Part shown: in pieces, positions 18,156-27,397 of the stretch | How the letters are laid out: the number at the start of each line of letters is the position of its first letter | How positions within the stretch are numbered: the first letter of the stretch is position 1 | From: a bacterium | Lineage (GTDB): Bacteria > Zhuqueibacterota > Zhuqueibacteria > Residuimicrobiales > Krinioviventaceae | Direction of reading: 5' to 3' | Length of the DNA: 64,000 nucleotides | Assembly (NCBI GenBank): GCA_963674595.2 | Contig: CAXXFV010000015.1 | Coordinates: forward strand, 256,001-320,000 | Notes under the pieces: generated by a model | Seen by the model: only the letters and a program-made list of their open reading frames with translations | What the model was told of the DNA's origin: nothing | Database searches by the model: none | Translations under genes and position numbers: made by a program

Positions 18156-20636
18156 TTAATTACTTGTTGGTGAAACGGTTAAAACACATTTTACACCATT
18201 GTCACTTTTCATGGTAAAATTTGCATCGATCTGGCTGGTAAGAGCATTTATTAATGTCAAACCCAGACTTTTGCCGGATAAAATATCGATATTTTCCGGT
18301 AATCCGACACCATTATCAGATAACATGATTTTAAATCCATTTTTAGTTTTTTTCAACTTGATCGTTATCCTGCCGTTTCTGCCATCCGGAAAGGCATGTT
18401 TGATGGAATTTGTAAGCAACTCTGAAATGATCAAACCGATTGGTATTGCAATATTTACCGGTATGGTAATAGTATCAAGCTCGTCTTTAATTACTATTAA
18501 AGATGAAGTGGCTAAAAATGAAGAAATTAACTTTTGCAGATAGTGATCAAGTTGAATTGTATTGATGGATTTTGTTGAATAGAGCAGGTTATATATATCA
18601 GCAACAGCGTTTATTTTTGTTTGAATTTCTTCAAGTTTATCTTTTGCACCAGGTGTTTCACAGGAATTTTTTACAAGGTTTATCATACTGGTGATCATTA
18701 AAAAACTGTTTTTTACCCGATGTTGAAGTTCTTTTAAAAGGTTTTCGTTTTCAAACAGAGCTTTCTGTAATTTTTCTTCTGCTTCTATCTGAGAGCTAAT
18801 ATCATGAATGATTGAATAGAGTAATAATTTACCGTTAAACTCAACCTTTCCCGAATAAACAGCTACGTTTTTTATTTGATTGTTTGCTAATTTATGCCTA
18901 AAGATGAAATAGGTTTTATTGCCTTTTACGGCGTTCCGCATTTCCTCTTTTAACTCTTTTTCGGATAATATGTTTAGATCATTAATTTTTAAAGATGTTA
19001 TTTCATTGTATGTATAACCGTAAAACTCGAGTGCTGAACTATTTGCATCTTTAATTTCTCCGGTTTCAGGATCAATAAGAAGCATATTTGATTTGCTGTT
19101 TGTAAATATGGATCGATAACGTTCTTCGCTTTCTTTTAATGCTTCTTCTGCTTTTTTACGTTCCGTAATGTCGGTACTTATCCCCAACATCCCGATCGGC
19201 TTTTTAAATTCATCATAAATGAGTTGAACTCTGCTGTCAAAGATGATTTTATCTCCATTTGCAGCTATATTAGCAACTTCGCCTCGCCATCGACCGGATC
19301 TGCGAGTTGTTTCTATTATTTTTTCCTGTGTTACACCTTGAAGGGGATCATCCCCATACTGTTTAACACTTTGTTTACCCAACTCTTCTTTTGATTTTTG
19401 AAAAAGCCGACACTCTGCTTCATTAACATATGTAATTTTTCCATCCAAATCAGTCGCTGTAATGGCATCTTGTATTTGGTCCAGTAGTTGTGATTGAAAG
19501 GCAAGTTGTTTTTCTGCCAGTTTACGTTCTGTAATATCATTGGCAAATCCCAGATATCGGGTTTCTGATAGTTTAACAGCTTTGATTTGCCAGAAACAAG
19601 TTTCGCCACTTTTTTTGATATTACGGAATTCTGCTGTTATTGGATTACCATTCTTAATTAAATTTGAAAAAGCTTTAATAGCTGATTGTTTATCTTGTTC
19701 TGCTGTTAACTCTATTGAGTCCATTTTTAACAGTTCATTCCTGGTGTATCCTGTTAGTTCCTCTGCCATTTCATTTATATCAATAAATTTCCTTTTTTCA
19801 TCAACGACTAAAATAGCATAGGGAGCATTTTGGATATAGCTTTTGAATTTTTGTTCACTTTCTTTTAATCGGTTATCTGCTTTTTTACGCTGTGTAATAT
19901 CCCGTCCAATGATTTGAGCTGCTGGTTTACCTTTATAACGAAAAGGCATTCCAATTATTTCAAGAATCCGATCATTACCATCAAAACACTTTATTTGTCT
20001 TTCTATTAATGTTGATTTTACTCCTTTTTTTATAAAATTTGCCCATTTCTCGTCGCTGGGGACGGGTTCATTCGAAGGGATAAATTCACTTATATCGCAT
20101 CCGATGAGTTGTTCCGGCGTATCTGCACCGAGAAGCTTTACTCCTGCTTTATTTATAAATACAATTTTTTTATCTTGAATTATACCAATGAAATCAGGTG
20201 ATATTTCGACAAGCTGGCGATATTGTTCTTCGTTTTCTTTTTGCTGCATTTTTGCTTCAAAAAGTCTAAAAGCCATTTTTATGGATGTTATTAGAACCAT
20301 ATCACCGGAATCTTTTACAATATATCCATAAGATGTTATACCCTCTGTTTTTTGGACGATTTCCGGTTCGGTGTGTGAGGACAAGAATACGATAGGTAAT
20401 TCATGTTTTTGCAGGATTATTTCAGCGGCCCTGGTACCGTCCATTCCTTTGCCCAGGTCAATGTCCATTAATATTAAAGAAATTTTTGAGTCTTTTTCAA
20501 CTGCGGCAATTGCTTTTTCCCCTGTGAAAGCGGCAACAACCTCAAATCCGTGTTGTTCCAGTACCATCGTTTCAGACATGACAATAGCTGCTTCATCTTC
20601 AACCAACAGTATCCTTTTGGGCTCTATTTCTGCCAT
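18156..20636 (-). CDS. Cytoplasmic REC + 4 PAS + HisKA_2/HWE-type histidine kinase
   Basis: N-terminal LLVEDE...MDIDLG receiver; repeated DITERK PAC ends; ELQHRVKN, ELLTNSIKHAF and DNGVG. Confidence 0.92.
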   Translation of the reverse strand: MAEIEPKRILLVEDEAAIVMSETMVLEQHGFEVVAAFTGEKAIAAVEKDSKISLILMDIDLGKGMDGTRAAEIILQKHELPIVFLSSHTEPEIVQKTEGITSYGYIVKDSGDMVLITSIKMAFRLFEAKMQQKENEEQYRQLVEISPDFIGIIQDKKIVFINKAGVKLLGADTPEQLIGCDISEFIPSNEPVPSDEKWANFIKKGVKSTLIERQIKCFDGNDRILEIIGMPFRYKGKPAAQIIGRDITQRKKADNRLKESEQKFKSYIQNAPYAILVVDEKRKFIDINEMAEELTGYTRNELLKMDSIELTAEQDKQSAIKAFSNLIKNGNPITAEFRNIKKSGETCFWQIKAVKLSETRYLGFANDITERKLAEKQLAFQSQLLDQIQDAITATDLDGKITYVNEAECRLFQKSKEELGKQSVKQYGDDPLQGVTQEKIIETTRRSGRWRGEVANIAANGDKIIFDSRVQLIYDEFKKPIGMLGISTDITERKKAEEALKESEERYRSIFTNSKSNMLLIDPETGEIKDANSSALEFYGYTYNEITSLKINDLNILSEKELKEEMRNAVKGNKTYFIFRHKLANNQIKNVAVYSGKVEFNGKLLLYSIIHDISSQIEAEEKLQKALFENENLLKELQHRVKNSFLMITSMINLVKNSCETPGAKDKLEEIQTKINAVADIYNLLYSTKSINTIQLDHYLQKLISSFLATSSLIVIKDELDTITIPVNIAIPIGLIISELLTNSIKHAFPDGRNGRITIKLKKTKNGFKIMLSDNGVGLPENIDILSGKSLGLTLINALTSQIDANFTMKSDNGVKCVLTVSPTSN

Positions 20637-20806
20637 AGTTTAAATGCTTTCTTAAAATTAGGGTATATATATTAAATGTTAAACTGCATTTAAATTGTAG
20701 GATGTGCTAAAAATAGTAGTATTTGTAGTTTTAAAATAGAACTAGCTGAAATAGATTTTTGAATAAGAGTATACTTAATATCCGATAATTTTTCAAGTAA
20801 AAATGT

Positions 20807-21499
20807 CTATTTAGTATTTATTTTTTTATACTCTAGAATAATTTTTTCAATCTGACTCATTTCAAAATTATACTTTCTTCTTAAATGACCAAGTTTTTGG
20901 TTGTTTGATATTGTATTTGGCAAGTTTAGGTAATTTTTTAAATAATGAGCTGGGACGTTATATTTATTTGAAACTGTCTGGAGAGTCATAAATCCCTGTA
21001 CCTTAATTGAAGGATCAGGATGATGCAATTCAGGTACATTATTTATGTTTTGTGTTTTATGTTTTACTGTCTGGTTCGCGATTACACTCTGATGATTTGT
21101 GGCATTTCGTCCTTTACTTTGCTCTATTACTTTAATGGTTGGATTTATTAGAAATGGAAAGGAAATTAATAAAACAAGTGTAAAAGTGAAAATGAAAGCG
21201 AAAATGTTTTTGACGGTTTTGTGTAAAAGTCTGTTAAAAATACATATAAATCCCTTCCAATGCAGGATGATGTGCAGGATTAACAATCCGATTAAAATGT
21301 ATCCCACAACTACATGGATTGTCCCCCATTCATGTCTGTCCAGGCCAAACAGGTAAAGCTCAACATTTTGATTGTATTTAGTCCATCTTTGTTGACCGGA
21401 AATAAGCGAGTATTTTATTAAAAATCCAATACCTGCAATAAAAGCCATACACAAGAGCATAAATAAATCAATGATCAAGTTCCATGTCGATTTTTTCAT
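20807..21499 (-). CDS. DUF4405-type membrane protein
   Basis: N..ID...and W..IH...LH..LHW His-bearing TM motif. Confidence 0.7.
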   Translation of the reverse strand: MKKSTWNLIIDLFMLLCMAFIAGIGFLIKYSLISGQQRWTKYNQNVELYLFGLDRHEWGTIHVVVGYILIGLLILHIILHWKGFICIFNRLLHKTVKNIFAFIFTFTLVLLISFPFLINPTIKVIEQSKGRNATNHQSVIANQTVKHKTQNINNVPELHHPDPSIKVQGFMTLQTVSNKYNVPAHYLKNYLNLPNTISNNQKLGHLRRKYNFEMSQIEKIILEYKKINTK

Positions 21500-21541
21500 A
21501 ATAAACTCCCAAAAATTATTTTATAAAAGCAATGATGGAAT

Positions 21542-22102
21542 TTATATAAACTGCTTGACAAGGTCAAATTTTTTTTCGTTTGCCAGTTCCAAATGTAAAA
21601 TTCCTCCATAGTCCACACGAATTTTAAAGATCTTAGCAAGAGGAATTTCCAACAGATAGGCCCAGCAGCAACGAATGACCCCGGCATGGGTAATCACCAA
21701 GACTTTATTATAATTTTTTTGTCGCAACATTTCGAAAAATAAAGTTACTCTGTTATATAAACTTATCAAGTTTTCACCGTTTGGTGGTGAAATATGTATA
21801 AAGTTGTTTCCCCATGTATCCAAATCAGATCGATTGATTTTATCCCATTTTTGCATCTCCCAATCGCCAAAATGCATTTCCACAAGATCATCTGATGTAA
21901 TAATATTTTTTGAAAATTGCAGGGCAAGCTGTTTGCATCTTTTTAGCGGGCTCGAGTATACAGCATCAAAATTTTCAGGCAGTTTTGCTTTAATAAGGTG
22001 AAATTCCTTTTTAAAAGTATCTGCTAAATCCAAATCCGATTGTCCATAGCAAATATCTTTTGCAACGTTCACCTGTGTATGCCGAACTAAATAAACTTCC
22101 AT
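21542..22102 (-). CDS. cobC: Alpha-ribazole phosphatase (histidine phosphatase family)
   Basis: LVRHT, YSSPL.RC, E.HFGDWE and THAGVIR motifs; adjacent to cobS. Confidence 0.88.
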   Translation of the reverse strand: MEVYLVRHTQVNVAKDICYGQSDLDLADTFKKEFHLIKAKLPENFDAVYSSPLKRCKQLALQFSKNIITSDDLVEMHFGDWEMQKWDKINRSDLDTWGNNFIHISPPNGENLISLYNRVTLFFEMLRQKNYNKVLVITHAGVIRCCWAYLLEIPLAKIFKIRVDYGGILHLELANEKKFDLVKQFI

Positions 22103-22869
22103 ATTATGATCACACTCAAGTAAAATACAATTTCGCTGACTTGCTGGGCCGCTCCTAAACAGTCACCGGTGTATCCGCCAATGTGTTTTTTAAAATAATG
22201 CCCCAGATAAATTTTAGTCACAAAGCCAACAGGCAAAATTAAAAGGAACAGCCAGTTTTTAAATAAAAGAAACGGCAATAAAGTTAAAGCAAAACTGAAT
22301 AATATTTCCCCAAAAGATAATTTTGAAGTTGCAATCGGTTTGGATTTACTTTTATCCAAATCCTGAACATATTCATGCGTATATATCAGCAACGACGACA
22401 TAAAACGACTTGTTGTATGAGCATTGATCAAACAAATTATCATCAGCAATTTACTCACATGGGCAATTTCAAAAAGAGTGAAAAATTTTAATAATAATAA
22501 AAGGCAGATACCGATAGTACCAAAGGCGCCTATCCGGCTGTCTTTCATAATTGTGAGCTTTTGTTCTTTTGTCCAGCCGCCGCCAAATGCATCACAAGTG
22601 TCTGTAAAGCCGTCTTCATGAAAAGCGCCTGTCACATAAATACTCGCAATCATGGAGAGTATAATACCTATGGATATTGGGAAAACGAAACAGGATATCC
22701 AAAATACCAGGGCTGAGATACCTCCGATTATCCAGCCGATAAGCGTAAAATATTTTTGTGATTTGTTCAATAATTCAGTACTGTATTCGATTTTTTTAGG
22801 GCTTGGAATGCGGGTAAAAAACATCAGCGCTGTTAAAAACAAATTGAGCTCTTTATTAATCAAGTTCAT
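22087..22869 (-). CDS. cobS: Adenosylcobinamide-GDP ribazoletransferase
   Basis: FFTRIP, TGAFHEDGF.DT.D, IMKDSRIG and GGYTGDCLGA. Confidence 0.95.
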   Translation of the reverse strand: MNLINKELNLFLTALMFFTRIPSPKKIEYSTELLNKSQKYFTLIGWIIGGISALVFWISCFVFPISIGIILSMIASIYVTGAFHEDGFTDTCDAFGGGWTKEQKLTIMKDSRIGAFGTIGICLLLLLKFFTLFEIAHVSKLLMIICLINAHTTSRFMSSLLIYTHEYVQDLDKSKSKPIATSKLSFGEILFSFALTLLPFLLFKNWLFLLILPVGFVTKIYLGHYFKKHIGGYTGDCLGAAQQVSEIVFYLSVIIIWKFI

Positions 22870-23876
22870 TTTTTATTTGTGACTCCTGCACTTTGAAAGC
22901 TTGCCATATCGTTTAAAAAGGTTACTGCGCTTTGAATGATCGGATAGACCACAGCACAGCCGGTTCCTTCACCCAATCGCATGTCAAGTTTTAACAACGG
23001 ATCTACGTTTAGACAATCTATTAATAATTTATGTCCCTGCTCCTTTGAAAGATGGCAAAAGATAGCATTGTCTAAAATTTTTGGATTCATTTTACAGGCG
23101 ACCAAAAAGGCACAGGAAGTAATAAAGCCATCGACCATGATGATCATATTATTTTTATAAGCAGCCAGCATTCCCGCACATATTTGGGCTATTTCAAATC
23201 CACCGTAGGTTTGTAAGGCTTTTTGGGGTGTGTTTGCATCATTGCGGTGAAACTCTTTGGCCTTTTCCAATACCTGGATTTTATTTTGATATTGTTTATC
23301 ATTTAATCCGGTACCACGCCCGGTGCATTTTTGTACCGGCAAGTTGCAGAGTGCGCTCATTAACATGGTTGCAGAAGAAGTGTTGCCTATGCCCATTTCT
23401 CCGAATCCGATAATATTGCAGCCATTTTGGTGAATTTGGTTAATTATCATGGTCGCTTTGTTGAAACAATCATCCAATTGGCTTTTTGTCATTGCACTGT
23501 CCGTAAGGAAATTTTTTGTTCCTTTGGCAATTTTTGCATTGATTAGAATCGGATCTTTAGCAAAGTCAGCATTAACTCCGGAGTCGATAACTTTTAAATC
23601 TATATTGTTCTGTCGGCAAAAAACATTAATGGCAGCACCACCTTGTAAAAAATTGATGACCATCTGGTATGTTACTTCCTGTGGGTAGGCGCTTACACCC
23701 TCTTTCGCTATTCCATGGTCTCCGGCAAAAGTTAAGATGGTTGGTTTTTTTAATTCAGGTGAAAGTGTATTTTGAATGGTGCCAATTTGTTGTGCAAGTT
23801 TTTCCAATCGGCCTAATGCGCCCAGAGGTTTTGTTTTTAAATTAATTTTATTAACGAGTTTTTCAGATATATCCAT
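22866..23876 (-). CDS. cobT: Nicotinate-nucleotide--dimethylbenzimidazole phosphoribosyltransferase
   Basis: KTKPLGALGRLE, FAGDHG, GEMGIGNTSSA and MRLGEGTG. Confidence 0.95.
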   Translation of the reverse strand: MDISEKLVNKINLKTKPLGALGRLEKLAQQIGTIQNTLSPELKKPTILTFAGDHGIAKEGVSAYPQEVTYQMVINFLQGGAAINVFCRQNNIDLKVIDSGVNADFAKDPILINAKIAKGTKNFLTDSAMTKSQLDDCFNKATMIINQIHQNGCNIIGFGEMGIGNTSSATMLMSALCNLPVQKCTGRGTGLNDKQYQNKIQVLEKAKEFHRNDANTPQKALQTYGGFEIAQICAGMLAAYKNNMIIMVDGFITSCAFLVACKMNPKILDNAIFCHLSKEQGHKLLIDCLNVDPLLKLDMRLGEGTGCAVVYPIIQSAVTFLNDMASFQSAGVTNKK

Positions 23877-23904
23877 TTTGTCGTAAACCTGCTTTTAATT
23901 TTTT

Positions 23905-24336
23905 TTATTTTATCTGGTTCGGTCCTTTACCGATTACCAGTTTCCCGGTATAATAGGCTTGTTTAATTGTCAAAGATTTTTTTATAAACTTTTCCGCGCC
24001 GTCCTTTTTAATGATACACAAATTATATAATTTCATATTATGCGGTAGAACGTCGGCTCTATCAACGGCAGGGGCCAGATTTGAACAGGGAAATTCAGGA
24101 CACTCTGAACAAAACGAGATTTCTTTTTCTTTAGCACATTCAAAAGTGGCACATTTTTCAGTAAGGATTGGACATTTTCCATCAATGTTGTTACAGCCGT
24201 CACAGGGTAAAATATGTTGAGGAATCCCCTTTGAAATTAAAAAATCGGTTAATTGCTGGTCATCCCGGCACATATATAGCTCGCATATACCGCAATCCAG
24301 ACCACAGGGAGCCACCAGTTTTAAGCGGTCATCCAT
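23905..24336 (-). CDS. DUF3795-like cysteine-rich protein
   Basis: APCGLDCGIC, CDGC and FCSECPEFPC motifs. Confidence 0.8.
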   Translation of the reverse strand: MDDRLKLVAPCGLDCGICELYMCRDDQQLTDFLISKGIPQHILPCDGCNNIDGKCPILTEKCATFECAKEKEISFCSECPEFPCSNLAPAVDRADVLPHNMKLYNLCIIKKDGAEKFIKKSLTIKQAYYTGKLVIGKGPNQIK

Positions 24337-24452
24337 CTTGATATTTCCTCCAATTATGATAATGTATTGGAATTTAGTTTTAAGAGAATTTTATGTGTAA
24401 ATATCGTTTTAATTTAATCTTTTAGGGGAAAGAAGCAAGAATGAAAATTTGC

Positions 24453-24489
24453 AAAAAAAAAAAGCCTGTCAAAAATTTTTGACAGGCTT
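24453..24489 (-). terminator. Intrinsic terminator (28-bp perfect palindrome plus U-tract on the minus strand)
   Basis: AAGCCTGTCAAAAATTTTTGACAGGCTT at 24462-24489 with an adjoining A-run. Lies 20 nt after the selenoprotein stop. Confidence 0.85.
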
Positions 24490-24509
24490 GGCATTTTTCA
24501 GCATAATAT

Positions 24510-24800
24510 TTAGCAGGACACCCCTCTAAAGGCAACGTAAAACCGACCGCCTAAAAAGGTTTTAATATGGTCTATAATAATCTGTCCGTACATTCTGGAC
24601 ATCGTTTCTATTTGGCTGTCCCAAGTAATTTTGGTTTCGCCTACATCTATTGATTTCTGTGAATCAATATTTTCATTCTCAACCTGAACCAGGCCTAAAC
24701 TTGGACCACCTCATCCATATCCCAACATCACAATTTTATAAACGGATGAGTCTTTTAACTCCTGATAAACTTCTTTTGCGCGCTCTGTTATGGTAATCAT
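24510..24800 (-). CDS. HesB/IscA-like selenoprotein, 96 aa, UGA (Sec) at codon 30; not in the supplied ORF track
   Basis: AGGAGA RBS. Translation MITITERAKEVYQELKDSSVYKIVMLGYG-U-GGPSLGLVQVENE...FYVAFRGVSC*. UGA (24711-24713) sits at the Cys position of the HesB G-C-GG motif and the frame continues 66 codons. Confidence 0.88.
24681..24710 (-). promoter_or_regulatory. Bacterial SECIS-like hairpin 3' of the Sec codon
   Basis: mRNA UGA-GGUGGUCCAAGUUUA-GGCCU-GGUUC-AGGUU. The G-initiated apical loop starts 20 nt after UGA. Confidence 0.65.
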
Positions 24801-24878
24801 TTTTTCTCCTTATACCATATTAATATATTTATCCATAGTAATTTGATGGAGCAGAAAGCAAAAAGATTCACAAAAGGG

Positions 24879-25877
24879 TTATTCCAATACCGCTTCGGCC
24901 ATTGCTTTGACATTTTCCGGCGGAACATTTGGCAACACCGCTTCATGACTCGGGCTTACAATTAAATTTGGTCCCAATAATTTTTTTACACGATAAACAT
25001 CCTCTTTAACTTGTTGAGGTGTGGCGTTTACCAGCAAGTCCTGCGTGTCGATACCGCCCATAAAAGCAACCCGTCCGCCAAATTCACGTGACAGTGTTTC
25101 GGCATCCATATTTGCTGCTTTGGCCTGCAGGGGATGAAGGCAGTCAACACCCATATTTATCAGCCTGTCGATAACTTTGTATATCGAACCGCATGAATGA
25201 AGAATAACCTGATACCCATGTTCATGCGCCTGTTTTGTAAATTTTTTAAACCAGGGTAGTACAAATTCATCAAACTGGTCCGGACCGCAAATCAAGTCCA
25301 GTTGTGTGCCGAAATCATTACCAAAGAAAAAGCCGTCAACCAGATCTCCGGCCAAATCATAAAAAATTTCATTTGCTTCATAATAGTATTCACAAACACG
25401 GTCTGTTACTGCGTGTACAAGTTCGGGATTTTGGAACATGTTGACAAGATAGGATTCCATCCCAAAAAGGTCCATAACATTGTGATAAAAACACGTCCAT
25501 AAACCGCTGGCCCGATAATAATCCCCAATATTTTTTAAATAATCGATTGTAGCAGTAAAATCCAGATTTTCAGGTTTCGGCCAGTCATAACTATCCAGAT
25601 CACTCATACTTGTTGCATTTGCAAAAGGTCCACTTGTTCCGTGGGCGGTTTTGTTCGGTATATAAAAGGCCCAGTACCCTTCCGGGTGCTGGTAATCACC
25701 GGCAATTTTCCATCGAAAATCATCACCCAGTTTTTGTCGCAGTTCTTCTTCAGAGTTGGTTTTCATGTATTCATGCAGGATTGGCCAGGTTGCCGGATCG
25801 GGATTCCCGAGCCAGAACCCGCATCGGTCGGCTGCTTCGCCTGAAATAATTGTACGTATTCGTTCGCGACTGTTCAT
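24879..25877 (-). CDS. UroD/MtaA family protein
   Basis: MNSRER, FGNDFGTQ, LHSCGS (HxC), LHPLQ, FMGGIDTQ and SPSHEA..PPEN. Confidence 0.9.
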   Translation of the reverse strand: MNSRERIRTIISGEAADRCGFWLGNPDPATWPILHEYMKTNSEEELRQKLGDDFRWKIAGDYQHPEGYWAFYIPNKTAHGTSGPFANATSMSDLDSYDWPKPENLDFTATIDYLKNIGDYYRASGLWTCFYHNVMDLFGMESYLVNMFQNPELVHAVTDRVCEYYYEANEIFYDLAGDLVDGFFFGNDFGTQLDLICGPDQFDEFVLPWFKKFTKQAHEHGYQVILHSCGSIYKVIDRLINMGVDCLHPLQAKAANMDAETLSREFGGRVAFMGGIDTQDLLVNATPQQVKEDVYRVKKLLGPNLIVSPSHEAVLPNVPPENVKAMAEAVLE

Positions 25878-25958
25878 TTATGGCTCCAATTATGATTTAA
25901 AAATTTGCATCAAATATATAATGATTATAGATGGGAATCAACAACTATCTTGAAACTT

Positions 25959-26660
25959 TTAGTTATGAGACGCCATCCAAAGTAACAGGGGAAGCATAAC
26001 ATTGCACTGTTCAATACATATATCAATGAGTTCGGCGGATTGAAGCTGCTGTATAGTGAGTGCCGGTGCAGCAGCCCAGAGCCCTTTTAAGCGCAGCAGG
26101 TTTTCCCTCGGATGGTCGGGATCATAACCTCTTGGAACACGTTTTAAACTTTCTCCACCTGTGATATAACCGCTGGTTTTATTAATTGTTTCTATTATGG
26201 AATACAGGTCTTTACCAGATTGACCGTTGAAAACAGATTGACGATAGTTTGCCAGCCATTCTTTTGAAAATAAATGAATACCGCAATAGACTCGTCCTCC
26301 GTTAGGTTCAAAAGTGATATAAAATCCGGGATTTTCTGATTTTTTACCGGACCCTTTCCAAAATTTAAATCGTAATTGTGTATTATAGGGTGATTTATTC
26401 CGGCTGAAGCGGATGTCCCGATGAATTCGCATATAGGAACCGGCCCCACTGGTTCTGGTGTCATAATTTATTTCGGGATGGATTTTTTGCAGTTTTTCTC
26501 CCATTATCGATACGAATTGCTGTGCAAAAGGAATGACGAATTTTTTATAACGATCTCTGTTTTCATCAAACCAGGGTTTGTTGTTGTTTTCTATAAGCTC
26601 GGCTAAAAAAGCCAAGGTTTCTGAAGGGATTCCGTTAAATGAATTCATAATTTTTCCCAA
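25959..26660 (-). CDS. DUF2461 family protein
   Basis: FL.EL.ENNNKPWF, RIHRDIRFS.NKSPY and LKRVPRGYDPDHP. Confidence 0.88.
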   Translation of the reverse strand: MGKIMNSFNGIPSETLAFLAELIENNNKPWFDENRDRYKKFVIPFAQQFVSIMGEKLQKIHPEINYDTRTSGAGSYMRIHRDIRFSRNKSPYNTQLRFKFWKGSGKKSENPGFYITFEPNGGRVYCGIHLFSKEWLANYRQSVFNGQSGKDLYSIIETINKTSGYITGGESLKRVPRGYDPDHPRENLLRLKGLWAAAPALTIQQLQSAELIDICIEQCNVMLPLLLWMASHN

Positions 26661-26668
26661 GTTTTAGA

Positions 26669-27397
26669 TCAAGATTCCGGATTTGATTTAAATATATATC
26701 CGGCGCTTCTTACGCTGGTAATATATACTGGTTTCGAGGGATTGGGTTCAAAATATTTTCGTAAACGTGCTATAAAATTATCAATGGTTCGTGTTTCAAT
26801 ATCTGTACTGGTGTGCCAGACATGCTGCAGTAAATTCTGCCTGGTGACGATTTCTCCTTCATTTTCAACCAAAAATTTAAGGACCATAGCTTCTCGATGG
26901 GTCAGTTGAAAAGTGGTTTTAGCATTTGTGGCTTTGAGTGTTGAAAAATCAATTTCATTGTCACCAAACCGAAAAACCGGGTTCAATAGTGTTGTGCTTT
27001 TATACCAGGATTTTCGTTTTAGCATACCTTTCACACGCAGCAACAATTCCTCAAGATTAAATGGCTTTGTAACATAATCATCCGCACCTATTTCAAGGCC
27101 CTGAATCCGGTCTTTTTGAGTTGATTTTGCCGTAAGAAAAAGAATAGGTGTTTGAGGATAAATTTCCCGAATCTTTTCTGCAATCTGAAATCCGTCAAAA
27201 TAGGGAAGCATAATATCCAGTATAACCAGATCAAATTCTTCTTCCTGAATTTTTTTCATGGCTGATTTGCCATCGTTTAGAGTACAAACGCGATAGCCTT
27301 CTTCCTGCAGATTGTATTCCAGTCCCCTGGCCAACGATTCCTCGTCTTCAACCAGTAATATATAGTTGTTTAAAGGCTCTTTATTTAACATCTTCAT
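26669..27397 (-). CDS. OmpR/PhoB family response regulator
   Basis: LLVEDE, LDIMLP, GADDYVTKPF and wHTH TRTIDNFIARLRK. Confidence 0.95.
   Translation of the reverse strand: MKMLNKEPLNNYILLVEDEESLARGLEYNLQEEGYRVCTLNDGKSAMKKIQEEEFDLVILDIMLPYFDGFQIAEKIREIYPQTPILFLTAKSTQKDRIQGLEIGADDYVTKPFNLEELLLRVKGMLKRKSWYKSTTLLNPVFRFGDNEIDFSTLKATNAKTTFQLTHREAMVLKFLVENEGEIVTRQNLLQHVWHTSTDIETRTIDNFIARLRKYFEPNPSKPVYITSVRSAGYIFKSNPES

Noticed and set aside
24462-24489. 28-bp perfect palindrome as a mobile-element end or operator
   Set aside because: Its position right after a stop codon with a U-tract explains it as a terminator; no transposase or second copy was seen.
3-25877. UroD-family genes as heme-biosynthetic hemE
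   Set aside because: The complete copies lack the N-terminal RQAGR motif, no hem genes are nearby, and there are five divergent copies.
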